A DNA stretch of 64,000 nt from assembly GCA_951406725.2 (NCBI GenBank), contig OX597824.1, forward strand, positions 35,402,001 through 35,466,000. Direction: 5' to 3'. This document shows positions 1 to 12,812 of this stretch, in pieces; the first letter of the stretch is position 1; the number at the start of each line of letters is the position of its first letter. The DNA is from Octopus vulgaris (Eukaryota). Made by a program: the position numbers and the translations under genes. The notes below the pieces were generated by a model. That model was not told the origin of the DNA. It made no database searches and saw only the letters and a list, made by a program, of their open reading frames with translations.

Positions 1-173
1 GGCAGAGACAAAACGTTTCGCAAGAGTTTCAAATGCAAGTTTTTTTTTTCGCATGCGCTAATAATAAAAGTCTACTATTTCATTCCTTTGCATTACTAGA
101 AGAATCCGGCAAAAATCACCCACTTCTCTCAAGAATAATCAATTTGCCTATTGCATCTCTGTGTTTCACCCAG

Positions 174-323
174 TGATCCAAACAGATGACAGTGATACAG
201 GTGACACTTTCGAAATTCCTGTAGTATCAAGTGGAGATAACTTGCAAGTTAAGTTTCAAATTTCAGGTCTCGCAAGCTACGATGGAGTTTCCACCAACCA
301 CATTGTGCGATTGGCAGAGAACT
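174..323 (+). other. Candidate coding exon or pseudogene fragment (150 nt, phase 1-1)
   Basis: Pyrimidine-rich acceptor ...tgtttcacccag ending at 173, donor gtgagt at 324-329, open frame VIQTDDSDTGDTFEIPVVSSGDNLQVKFQISGLASYDGVSTNHIVRLAEN. No recognisable family and no partner exons identified. Confidence 0.25.
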
Positions 324-615
324 GTGAGTACCTTACAGTACTCTAAGTTTCAAGTGTCCCGCCTCTGTCTACGCTTCATCCTGGACAACAGCTCTGTCAA
401 AGAGACGAGCTGCGAACAAGTGAGTCTGACAAACGGCAATGACCACACTTGTTCTCCGTCAAGGATAGCTGGAGAAGTTACAGCTTCAGTGTATGTTTGC
501 GTATCATTAGCCGTGGCATTTGGGTCTACCAAAATCCTTTCTCTGTGTGAGGTTTCCTGTTCGAGGCCATGATTCTTAATTTGATGAAGGAAGCTCTCTC
601 ATTTCCTTATATCTG

Positions 616-1036
616 TTTATTTCTTTACTGCCCACAAGGGGCTACACACAAAGAGGACAAACAAGGATAGACATACGGATTAAGTCGATTATATCGACCC
701 CAGTGCGTAACTGGTACTTATTTAATCGACCCCGAAAGGATGAAAGGCAAAGTCGACCTCGGTGGAATTTGAACTCAGAACGTAACAGCAGACGAAATAC
801 CTATTTCTTTATTACCCACAAGGGGCTAAATACAGAAGGGACAAACAAGGACAGACAAACGGATTAAGTCGATTATATGAACCCCAGTGCGTAACTGGTA
901 CTTATTTAATCGACCCCGAAAGGATGAAAGGCAAAGTCGACCTCGGCGGAATTTGAACTTAGAACGTAACGGCAGACGAAATACGGCTACGCATTACGCC
1001 CATAGTGCTAACGTTTCTGCCAGCTCGCCGCCTAAT
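616..1036 (-). mobile_element. tRNA-derived SINE family A, partial tandem dimer with 25-bp TSD
   Basis: Head GGCGGCGAGCTGGCAGAAACGTTAG (A box) and GTTCAAATTCC (B box); central GCCTTTCATCCTTTCGGGGTCGAT resembles the Meta-SINE domain. Perfect direct repeat aagctctctcatttccttatatctg at 591-615 and 1037-1061. Confidence 0.9.
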
Positions 1037-1451
1037 AAGCTCTCTCATTTCCTTATATCTGCTTATTGGCAGCCACGCACTGAACCCTAAGCAATATACA
1101 TGCGACACATAGAAGAATTAAGTTATTGACATAATAAACCAATGAAACTCCATAATTTGACAACAGATAGCAAAGACTCGCTCATCATTCCAGTTGCTGC
1201 TATAACTAAAACGAAAATAAAAGAAAGATATAGTGGCGAGAGATATTTTTACATAACTCATGTAAAGAAATGAAGTTTTCCTTTTGATGCCCCTGAAGAT
1301 ATGATTTCTTTGTGTGTAACTGGGTTCACATTGTTACCTGTGAAATGCGCCACCAGTAAATAGTCAGCTAGCAGGACACCTTCTATGTGGTTGCTTGACA
1401 TGCTAGAAACAGCAATCAAATTTCCTTCCCGTGAAAGGGAAGGACGTTGGG

Positions 1452-1545
<94 letters not shown>

Positions 1546-1558
1546 CCTATCTATCTAT
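1452..1558. repeat. (TCTA)n microsatellite
   Basis: Directly visible; another (TCTA)n tract at about 47430-47573. Confidence 0.98.
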
Positions 1559-2120
1559 ATAAATTGATCAAAATAAAAATAAAAACATGAGGCGAAGGAT
1601 TCTTTTACTATTATTTCCATTTCTATTTTTACTTTACAACCTTATGCATTTACATTTATTTATATTTCTTTATATTTCTTTATACCCCCTTTACATCTCC
1701 TTACAACTCTTTATATCTTTATCCTCTACATTTTTATATTATTCTATACGTACATTTTTTATATATTTTTTTTATCCCTCGTCCCGAACTCTCGCCCCTC
1801 CATCTTCACCTCTATATACGTATTTATTTATTTACATTACCTCAACATCCAAGTTTCCTCATTCTACATTGAGAGAAGAAAGAGATGGACGCTTCAATTC
1901 TATGCTGCTGCCGCATTATGTCGTACGTGAACGAGAGGATTTGCATCCCCAACCAAGAATTTTTGATGTAACACATGTCCTTGTGGAAGCTGTTGTGCGC
2001 GGCTGAAGAAGGCCACAGACATACATTATACTTTGTTATAAATCTGTCTAATAAAGGCCCGAAACATATGTACCGCTGAATCCTTCGCCTCATGTTTTTA
2101 TTTTTATTTTGATCAATTTA
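1559..2120 (+). mobile_element. Penelope-like element terminal fragment with short inverted tail
   Basis: About 43-bp inverted repeat (1560-1602 vs 2078-2120) enclosing a hammerhead motif at 1999-2076; abuts a microsatellite. Confidence 0.7.
1999..2076 (+). ncRNA. Minimal type-I hammerhead ribozyme motif
   Basis: gcgg-CTGAAGA-a-ggcc...ggcc-c-GAAAC-atat-GTA-ccgc: perfect 4-bp stem I, canonical core, palindromic stem III ACATATGT, GUA triplet. Confidence 0.8.
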
Positions 2121-2267
2121 CTCCACCACCTACACCACCAAACGGTATACACAGGTGCTTATAATTATCAAGTACTCACCCCGAATTTCTATACTCAACT
2201 TATCTATCTATATATGTATATATGGATGAACATATATGTATGTATGCATGTATGTATGTATATATAA

Positions 2268-2497
2268 TATCACGTGATCACGTGACCTACCACACTATAA
2301 GAAGTTGTTAGACATCGTTGGTGATAATGCACTTTACATCATGTTAACCTTCGAGTGGAGGTCACCTTGCTGGCTAGGCGAGCAGGTCAACATTGCCCCC
2401 CCCCCTGCTCTCTAGAGCAACGTGAAATAAAATGTTTTTGCTCAAGAACACAACGCACCGTCAGGGAATCGAACCCACAATGTAGCAATCGTGAATG

Positions 2498-2498
<1 letters not shown>
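2268..2498 (-). mobile_element. Degenerate SINE family C copy
   Basis: Similar to the tail and head of 10027-10303 and 37601-37908. Confidence 0.6.
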
Positions 2499-2566
<68 letters not shown>

Positions 2567-2712
2567 CACACACACAAATATACATACATACATACATACA
2601 TACATACATTCATACGTATATTTGATTAGCAAAAAATCACTATAATTATCATTATTATTATTATTATTACTATTATTATTATCATCATCATCATCATCAT
2701 CATCATTATTAA

Positions 2713-2761
<49 letters not shown>

Positions 2762-2763
<2 letters not shown>

Positions 2764-3135
2764 GGCGGCGAGCTGGCAGAAACGTTAGCACGCCGCGCGA
2801 AATGCGTAGCCGTATTTCGTCTGCCGTTACGTTCTGAGTTCAAATTGCCTTTCATCCTTTCTGTGTCGATTAAATAAGTACCAGTTACGCACTGGGGTCG
2901 ATGTAATCGACTTAATCCGTTTGTCTGTCCTTGTTTGTCCTTTCTGTGTTTAGCCCATTGTGGGTAGTAAAGAAATACGTATTTCGTATGTCGTTATGTT
3001 CTGAGTTCAAATTCCGCCGAAGCCGACTTTGCCTTTCATCCTTTCGGGGTCGATAAATTAAGTACCAGTAAAACACCGGAGTCGATGTGATCGACTTCCC
3101 CGCCCCCACTAGGACTTGTGCCTATGATAGAAAGT
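2762..3135 (+). mobile_element. SINE family A dimer flanked by (TAT)n
   Basis: Full head at 2762, internal junction gaaatacgtatttcg at about 2972-2986, second unit ends in an alternative tail. Confidence 0.85.
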
Positions 3136-3140
3136 ATTAC

Positions 3141-3203
<63 letters not shown>

Positions 3204-3229
3204 TATTATTATTATTATTATTATTATTA

Positions 3230-3294
<65 letters not shown>

Positions 3295-3315
3295 GTTATT
3301 ATTATTATTATTATT
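3135..3315. repeat. (TAT)n microsatellite
   Basis: Directly visible; source of the poly-I and poly-Y ORFs. Confidence 0.98.
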
Positions 3316-4479
3316 TAAGTGTCGAGGAAATGGAAGTCGTCATGCTCCTAGCTTTATCAAGAAGTTGACAATTTAACTGAAGTGGTTTCAACCCGGAATC
3401 GAAACTAGCCTGTAGTCTTTCGCCGTGAGTTCACCTCCTGTTATGCGGCACTTGGCACAAAATAATTCATTAATATTAATAATCTGTGTCTTGGAGGGGG
3501 GAGAGAGAAAGAGAGAGAGAAAGAGAGGGAGAGAGAGAGGGAGAGAAAGAGAGAGACTTTTGCCCTCGTACACATATCGAATATTGTTGCTGGAAGAAAA
3601 CTGTCATAACGAGAAGTGAGAGAACGTATCAGATGTCGAGAATACTTTCTAGGAACATTCGTCATTGTGTTGTTGTCGCTTTAATATTGTTGTAGTTCTT
3701 GTTATTGCAGTTGTCCTCTTCCTCCATCTCTGCCTCTTACTTATTCTGTTCCTCTCTTTGGTGACAGCTATGTCAGCTAAATAAATGATATCGTTAATCG
3801 AAGACGCTGCTTCACTGATTATGGCAGAGTGGAAAGATCATTAGAGAACGTTTTATGATAAGACATTATCGTCTGCCTTTCATTAAATATTTATTGTGAG
3901 TTCCACAACTTTCTTCCTTCCTCTTGTGTCAGGTTACAGGAATAAAGTTAATCGAAAGTAGCGGGGTGGTGGTGGACATGAGTATGGCTTTTTTAAAGCT
4001 GTCAACGTCCTGAGAGAGAGAGAGAAAGAAAGAGAGAGAGAGAGACACAGAAGCAAATAGAGAGAGAGCGAGAAAGTGAAAGAGATGTTGATGGAAGTAG
4101 GAAATCTTTATATGACACCAACTTGGCCACCGGGATAGTCATAGAAATTTATACTCGGGAGATTGTCATATGAAGAGCTTCGATAGACGATAGCTAAGCT
4201 TCCTTTAAGATTTCTCCCCGGCATAGACATTTCGGTTTTTGAAAAGAGAAACAACACCAAGTAGACGACAAACAAGTATCACGTGATATACGTATCAGAA
4301 GAGCAAAACTAAAATCGTAGCAGGCTACTTATAAACAACATCTTCAAACAAGAACACAGGAGAGGACGGATCTACCCCACTTCCACTTTAATCTATTACA
4401 TACAGTCCATACACATACACACACACACACAGACGTCTTTATGTGTGTGTGTGTGTTTTTGTGTGTTTTTGTGTGTGTT

Positions 4480-4510
<31 letters not shown>

Positions 4511-4744
4511 GTGTTTTGTGTGTGTGTGTATGTGTATATGTATGTGTGTGTGTGTGTGTGTATACACGTACACTCTTAAACACACACAAAAGCACGCACA
4601 GTCATACAAACAAACGCAACACACACATACATACACTCGCACACTCAAACAGACTCATAAACAACACACACACATATTCCCTCTCTCTTACGTGCACACC
4701 CCTCTCCCACACACACAAGCAAACACGCGTTCAGAAACACACGG

Positions 4745-4800
<56 letters not shown>

Positions 4801-5674
4801 AATTATACACAGACTCATATAAAGCATACACACGCGCGCAACACACAGACTCATACAAAGCATACACACACACACACTCTCACAGCCACACGCTCGCTTG
4901 CAAGTGAATAGTGATACATTCCTTTATAAAAGCTTTTGTTTGCTTTTCATAGGAATCGTGAAGGTAAGTGGTTATCTTGGCAATACTTGAGCAGAGTTTT
5001 AGACATATTGCACGGATAAAGGGTTCTTCAATCGTAAACACTTGTTAAGCTCTCCTTGAGATACCAGACTGTCAGACCTTTATTTCATTTCATGATGATA
5101 TCATCATCTGTAGTTGTATTATAATCTTCGAAAGTCCGCTCTTAACGATATAACAATGAATAGAGGATCTGATAAACTTTGAATACTCTGGCACAACAAC
5201 AACAACAACAACAACAACAACACACACATACATATATATGTATGTGGGACTAACAGATATGCATAGATTACACACATACAGATACACGCATATCTTATAT
5301 GTGTATATGTATGTATGTACGTATGCATACATGTATGTATGCATACATGTATGTATGGATGTACGTATGCATACATATCTGTATGGATGCATGTATGCAT
5401 ACATATCTGTATATATGTATGCATACATGTATGTATGTATATATGTGTGTGCGTGTGTGTGTATTATGTTTGTATGTATATATGTGTAAATATATGTATA
5501 TATATAAGCATATATAAATATATTTTATTCACGCATATATCTATATAAATATTGTGCAAGATTTTAGCAAATGCTGGGTCTTCAGTCTATCACGTATATC
5601 ACATTCGATATTTATACATATACATACACGCGCGCACACACGCACACGCGCACACGCGCACACACACATATAGG

Positions 5675-5811
5675 GGCAGGCGTGGCTGTGTGATAAGAAG
5701 TTTGCTTCCCAACCATATGGTTCTGGATTCAGTCCCACGGTGTGGTATCTTCCACTACAGCATGGGCCCGACCTAAGTATTGTGAGTGGATTTGATAGAC
5801 AGAAGCCCGTC

Positions 5812-5812
<1 letters not shown>
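5675..5812 (+). mobile_element. SINE family B, deleted 5' half
   Basis: gtggctgtgtgataagaagtttgcttcccaacc...agaagcccgtcg matches the family B head. Confidence 0.75.
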
Positions 5813-5839
<27 letters not shown>

Positions 5840-5842
<3 letters not shown>

Positions 5843-6040
5843 ACGGGAAGGTTTACGAAAATAAACAAAAGACGTAGGCAGGTGGAGTACAAACAAACAA
5901 ATGTATTAGTATGGCGCTCAGGAATAGAAATAGAACAAGTCTTTTACGTTTCGAGCCTACGCTCTTCGACAGAAAGATACACAGAAAAAAAACAAGGAGA
6001 GAAACAAGGGGAGAAAAAATGCGTGTAGGAGCTAACGATC
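5840..6040 (-). mobile_element. PLE-type terminal repeat family D with hammerhead at 5940-5977
   Basis: Minus strand reads tcttt-CTGTCGA-a-gagc-gtag-gctc-GAAAC-GTA-aaaga. Related copies at 7734-7836, 8118-8250 and more distantly 60621-60770, all abutting (TA)n. Confidence 0.7.
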
Positions 6041-6174
6041 TCCCCCTTGGAGTAAGCATCCTGTCCAGCAGAGCAAAAAAAATTATTTTCTTCTTCTTCC
6101 CTCTCCCTTCCCCTCTTTTTTTTCTTTTAGCACTCATTCCAAATAAAAAACACACACACACACGCACGCACGCG

Positions 6175-6207
<33 letters not shown>

Positions 6208-6500
6208 GCTCTCTCTCTCACTTTCTCCTCATCCATCACCCTCTTGTACTGTCTTATATTCCTCCCAACCACTACAAACTCAATACCACTATAAAATGGT
6301 CAAAACTTTTCACACAGGAACTTAGTTTGATTTGAAAACCCCACTAGAATGGGAGAAAGCGCTAATACACGATCTTAGTTATATGGTGTATAAAAAATGT
6401 AATATACAAATAAATATCTGTAAATATAAACCATCCGATTTTCTGAGTACCTCATTTCTTCTAATATAAAATACCTGTACATCATCTCCAAACTATATTG

Positions 6501-6534
<34 letters not shown>

Positions 6535-6549
6535 CAATCGGATGGAAGT

Positions 6550-7115
<566 letters not shown>

Positions 7116-7175
7116 ACATATATATATATGTATACATATATATATATATATGTATATATATGTATATATATGTAT

Positions 7176-7208
<33 letters not shown>

Positions 7209-7249
7209 CATACATACATACATACATACATACATACATACATAGTACA

Positions 7250-7283
<34 letters not shown>

Positions 7284-7359
7284 CATACAGAGACACAGAG
7301 AGAGGATGGATGGGGCAAAACATACCAGCAGAGTAGTTGAGTATAGAAAATAAAATGGA

Positions 7360-7500
7360 AAGTTGAAAGTTAATAGTTATTTACTAATAAATTGTAAATT
7401 CTTACTTCCTACAGCTGTTTCCCATTTGTGCTCATTAAATAAATTACAAATTTATGCTTCAAATTTGCATTTATAAGATATGAGCAAAATAAGGAGGAAA
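7360..7500 (-). mobile_element. PLE-type repeat with 3' half of a hammerhead; inverted partner of 9512-9650
   Basis: Minus strand GAAAC-agct-GTA-ggaag; about 130 bp alignable to 9520-9650 in opposite orientation. Confidence 0.6.
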
Positions 7501-7681
7501 GATATACGTTAAAAATGACATGTTGACCTCTCTGTTCATATCAGCAAACTAAATATTTACTATTGAATTGAAGGTTATAATGCGTATACATTTGTATGAT
7601 TATATGCTTTATGTACGTACTTACATGCGTGTATATGCGTATCTGTGCATTTATGTATGCGCATGTGTATGTAAATATGCG

Positions 7682-7736
<55 letters not shown>

Positions 7737-7938
7737 CGGGAAGCTTTACGAAAATAAACAAAAGACGAAAGCAGGTGGAGTACAAACAAACAAGTGTATT
7801 AGTATGGCCCTCAGGAATAGAAATAGAACAAGTCTTTATATATATATATATATCGGTAGCCATGATAAAACTCCGAGTTTCACTGCTCCCTCTATATCTA
7901 CGTATTGGGCTAGCCTACTTCATCCTCTGGTGGCGTCG

Positions 7939-7977
<39 letters not shown>

Positions 7978-8021
7978 GAATTAAGAGCTTGGAATTATTA
8001 CATTCCTAACTATTAATATTA

Positions 8022-8121
<100 letters not shown>

Positions 8122-8249
8122 GAGAATTCACGAAAAAAGCAAAAGACGAAGTCAGGTGGTGTAGAAAACAAACAGATTTATTAGTATAACGCTCTTCCAC
8201 AGAAAGGAACACAGAGAGAAACAAGGAGAGAAAAAACAATATACGTGTG

Positions 8250-8572
8250 TGTGGTTAGGGCTCGATTCCCAGACCGGGCGTTGTGAGTGTTTATTGAGCG
8301 AATACACCAAAAGCTCCACGATCTCCGGCAGGGAGAGGTGGCGAAACCTGTTGCACTCTTTCACCATAACTTTCTCTCACTATTTCTTCCTGATTCTGTT
8401 GCACCTGTATTTCTAAGAACGGCCTTGCCATACTCTATGTCACGGTGAATCTCGCCGAGAACTACATTAAGGGTACGTTATGGTACTACGTGTCTGTAGA
8501 GTGCCCAGCCAATTGCACGTTAATATCACAAGCAGGCTTGTCCTCGTCGTCGTAACCGACGGAATGCCACGT
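8250..8572 (+). mobile_element. SINE with family C head and alternative tail
   Basis: cgattcccagaccgggcgttgtgagtgtttattgagcg head; tail shared with 37162-37475. Confidence 0.75.
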
Positions 8573-9040
8573 TTACGTTTATATATATATATATGTGTGT
8601 GTGTGTGTACATGCGATTAATACTGTCAGTCTTTTATTACCATATAATTCCACACGCACGCATATTTGGAGAAACCGCTATGATTAGATATTTTCTTGAA
8701 ACACTTAACCGCATGTAAACTCATTCAAATTTCTCCAACCAATGGGCACTGATTAATACATAAAGTCTGTACGTTAATTTTTCTTTTATATATATGTGTG
8801 TGTGTGTACATTTTTATGTATGTACGTATATATGTATATTCTATTCTATCATAATTTTTGTTCTACTTTTATTTATTTATTTTATTTCATACTTTATATT
8901 TTTTTATTGTATTTTACTTTTTATTTTATACTATTTTATTTATTTTATTTTATTTTTTTATCATATTCAAAGTAATCCGTTAACCCTCACGCACACACAA
9001 AAATAAAAATAATTCCATATATTTAGTCTGCTGGTTTGAA

Positions 9041-9201
9041 CGTAAGAGTGGCTGTATGGTAAGTAGCTTGCTTACGAACAAGTTGGTTCAGGGTTCAATC
9101 CCACTGTGTGGCACCTTAAGCAAGTGTCTTCTACTATAGCCTCGGGTCAACCAAAGCCTTGTGAGTGGATTTGGTCGACGGAAACTGAAAGAAGCCCGTC
9201 G

Positions 9202-9264
<63 letters not shown>

Positions 9265-9482
9265 ATGTGCGTGTATGTTTCTGTGTCTGTGTTTGTGCCC
9301 CCAACATCGCTTGACAACAAATGCTGGTGTGTTTACGTCCCCATAACTTAGTGGTTCAGCAAAACAGACCGATAGAATAAGTACTAGGCTTACAAAGAAT
9401 AAGTCCTGGGGTCGATTTGCTCGACTAAAGGCGGTGCTCCAGCATGGCCACAGTCAAATGACTGAAACAAGTAAAAGAGAGT
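9041..9482 (+). mobile_element. SINE family B, full length (tRNA head, CORE-like block, internal TA/TG microsatellite, LINE-like tail)
   Basis: A box gtggctgtatggtaag, B box gggttcaatccc, CORE-like ccttaagcaagtgtctt, tail ggcggtgctccagcatggccacagtcaaatgactgaaac. Probably one of the described octopus OK/OR1/OR2 SINEs; not assignable by eye. Confidence 0.9.
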
Positions 9483-9511
9483 GAAGGAGTAATACAATCT
9501 TTTACTGTATA

Positions 9512-9650
9512 AATTTTCCCCTGATGATATTTTGCCCACATCTTATAAATGCAAATTTATTGCATAAATTTGTAATTTATTTAATGTGCACAAACAGGAA
9601 CACCTGTAAGAAGCAAGAATTATGAATTTATTAATAAGTGGGATTTATTT
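9512..9650 (+). mobile_element. PLE-type repeat with degenerate hammerhead
   Basis: ttcccc-CTGATGA...long stem II...GAAC-acct-GTA-agaag. Confidence 0.55.
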
Positions 9651-9834
9651 CCCCGCTAGCGATGTAAATAGAAGTGCATTTTGCGCCAAAAGCCAATATG
9701 AGATTTTCTCTCAGGGCAAATATCGCAGTATAGTTTGTTCTAACAGAACATCCAAATTTAAGTGGGAATAAATATCTCTTGGTATTAATACAGCCTCTGT
9801 CGCTAATAAATATTTTAAAGCGAAATATGTGTGT

Positions 9835-9871
<37 letters not shown>

Positions 9872-10026
9872 TATGTGTGTGCGTGTGTCTTTATTGAATT
9901 TGAATTATAAGCAGCTCAAATAATGTAAACATGATCAATGTCACATTCTGTATATGTTTATACGCTCATAAGCCGCGGGATAGCGACAGAAGGGGGAATA
10001 TATATATTATATATATATATATATAT

Positions 10027-10303
10027 ATCACGTGATCACGTGACCGACCAGACCATCAGATGTTGTTACACATCGCTGGTCACAATGCGTTCGCATTGTT
10101 TTAGCCTTCGAATGACACCACCCCGCTGGCTAAGCGAGCAGGCCAACAGAAGAAAGAATGGTGAAAGAGTACAGCAGGGATCACCACCCCCTGCCGGAGC
10201 GTCGTGGAGCTTTTAGTTTTCGCTCAATAAACACTCACAACGCCCGGTCTGGGAATCGAAATCGCGATCCTGCGACCGCGAGTCCGCTGCCCTAACCTCC
10301 ACA
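10027..10303 (-). mobile_element. SINE family C
   Basis: High identity to 28218-28526 in reverse orientation. Confidence 0.9.
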
Positions 10304-10313
10304 TATTATATAT

Positions 10314-10393
<80 letters not shown>

Positions 10394-10732
10394 GTATTAT
10401 ATCTATCTGTATATCTATTTACGTATTCATATATTTATAATGCCAACGTATTTTTTTAATATTTGCGTATTTTTAAATATTAAATATTTATATGTTCATA
10501 TATTTGTGTGTTTTAGTGCTGTGTTATCTGGAACTTTATATTGATTTATTAATGTCCAATGAAAGTGCACATATATATTGAAAATTCTATTGCATAATAG
10601 TTTTCTAGTTTTCTGCTGGTATTGCATCCACTGAAATTATAAATTGGAAATTAGCTCAATTAGAGCACTTTATTTCTTGCCTGTTTCTGGGTATTGTTAA
10701 AGTTAACAATCTCTACTTAAAATTGTATGATT

Positions 10733-10773
<41 letters not shown>

Positions 10774-10795
10774 GTATGTATATATATATATGTAT

Positions 10796-10987
10796 TCTTT
10801 TACTTGTTTCAGTCATTTGACTGTGGCCATACTGGAGCACCGCCCATAGTCGAGCAAATTGACTCCAGGACTTATTCTTTCTAAACCTAGTACTTATCTT
10901 ATCGGTCTCTTTTGCCGAACCGCTAAGTTACGGGGACGTAAACACACCAATATTGGTTGTCAAGCGATGTTAGGGGGACAAACACAG

Positions 10988-11041
<54 letters not shown>

Positions 11042-11133
11042 GACGGGCTTCTTTCAATTTCCGTCTGTTAAATCCACTTATAAGGCTTTGGTCGGCCCGA
11101 TCCCATAGTAGATGACACTTGCCCAAGGTGCCA
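10796..11133 (-). mobile_element. SINE family B, 5' truncated, directly fused to a family A copy (11134-11282, minus)
   Basis: Family B tail and CORE-like block followed by family A body and head. Confidence 0.85.
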
Positions 11134-12439
11134 AGTGCTCAACTGATACTTATTTCATCGACCCCAAAAGGATGAAAGGCAAAAATCAACATCGGCGGAA
11201 TTTGAACTCAGAACGTAAAGACGGATGAAATGCCGCTAAGCATTTTACTCGAGGTTCTAACGATTCTGCCAGCTTGCCGCCTAAAAGGAAGGATTAGTAT
11301 TTAGTTGTATGGAACAGGCTGTCAGCCGACGACTATTGATAGGTGTGATCCCACTACTGTTCGGCACAAGTTTTCTTGCCTGTTGCATTTCCGCCCTGGG
11401 TCGAATTAACCTTCCTAAAGCAACCTGGTCCTGATGAGCTCCCTCGTCAGCACTATATTGATGCCCAGCTTAGCGCGGACACCCGATTGTCATAAAGGAC
11501 CGACTACCAGCACCCCCATCCTCAAATTGGCCCACCAACCATGCCTCTGAGTTGCTGGCTTACAGAAGCATGGCACAACTCCCAGCACGTCCCTCCCATA
11601 TTAATGATATTTAAGAGTTTCTTGAGGTGATGTAGTTGGTCTTTGTAGTATGACAGGGTTAGGGTTAGTTAAGTTGTTGGTCGTATGTAAACCTTTCTTA
11701 TATCCATGTGTTTTGTGTTGATGATTTTTGATTTGAGTGCTTGCAGTTCTAGTGTTTTTACCATGCCTTATCAGCTTAATCTGGTTGAATATGGCAGCTG
11801 AGTTTCCTGTGTTTAGGCTCTAGACATGGTTATGTTGTGGGTGATGAAGAAATGTTTCAGTTCTTTAAAAATGTTTCCAAAGTCATTTTGTTGTTGTTTA
11901 GTTGTTTGTGTGTTGCTGTGGTGTGCATTCTGTTCATCGGTTGTTATTGCGTACGCCGTATTGGATGTATTTAAACTTGTTAGTCATTTTAATTTATTGC
12001 TGTTATTGTTGTTGTGCCATAGAGCGTAAGCATAGCCAAATAATTAAGAAGTTCGCTTCGAAATTATGAGCTCACGAGTTCGATCCTATTGCGTGGAAAC
12101 TTTCTCACTTTGCACCTCACTGACCCTGTCTTTCTGTTGTCCCGCCAATCCTTGGCACGCTCTCTTTCTTCTCCCCTCCTTAATTCCTTCTTTCTCTCTC
12201 TTCTCCCCCTCTTCGGTGCCTTTGTCCCTCTTTCGCTCTCTCTCTTTGATTCCTTTGCCCCGTTTTTCTCTCTCTTCTCTTCTCACGTGACTGCCGGTCA
12301 ACTAGCCTTTCGGCTTCTGAGTACCGCCACGACAACATCGATCTCTTCGTCTGCCGTAAGGCATTATTTTCCAAATACACCAGCTAAGCTAATTTGAACT
12401 GTCTAAAGTCTAAAGACATTTGTTGTTTTTGTCCTGTTA

Positions 12440-12716
12440 TTATTATTATTATTGTTTTTTGTATTTATATTCGTGTAGCATCGTCCGTTTTTCTGTCCTT
12501 GTTTCGTATACATTCGATCCTTTTTCCAAGAAATCTAATGCTCGTAGCTTAGTTTTTCCTTGGGGCTGGCCGGATCGGAGCGATCTCAAGATTAATCAGC
12601 TGAAATTGCAAGGATGATCCGCTTCTTAACTGAAGATTAGAGGCTTCGAATGACCCGTCCGTTTTTTTGTGTCGTCTATTTGAATGTTTTGCGTTCTTGT
12701 CCCATTTTGTATTTTT
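12440..12716 (+). mobile_element. Probable PLE-type terminal repeat abutting (TA)n
   Basis: T-rich repeat-like segment with degenerate CTGAAGA...GAAT...GTC motif at about 12630-12660. Confidence 0.35.
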
Positions 12717-12734
12717 ATATATATATTTTTATAC

Positions 12735-12807
<73 letters not shown>

Positions 12808-12812
<5 letters not shown>

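Noticed and set aside
616-1036. SINE A multimers as classic hammerhead retrozymes
   Set aside because: No CUGANGA/GAAA core found on either strand of the 184-bp unit.
887-1090. Recurrent ORF MRNWYLFNRPRKDERQSRPRRNLN (also 42765, 48296, 62629, 27749)
   Set aside because: Antisense reading of SINE A; recurrence reflects copy number, not a gene family.
11425-11460. CTGATGA as hammerhead core (also near 49168 and 55238)
   Set aside because: No properly placed GAAA, stem II or stem I.
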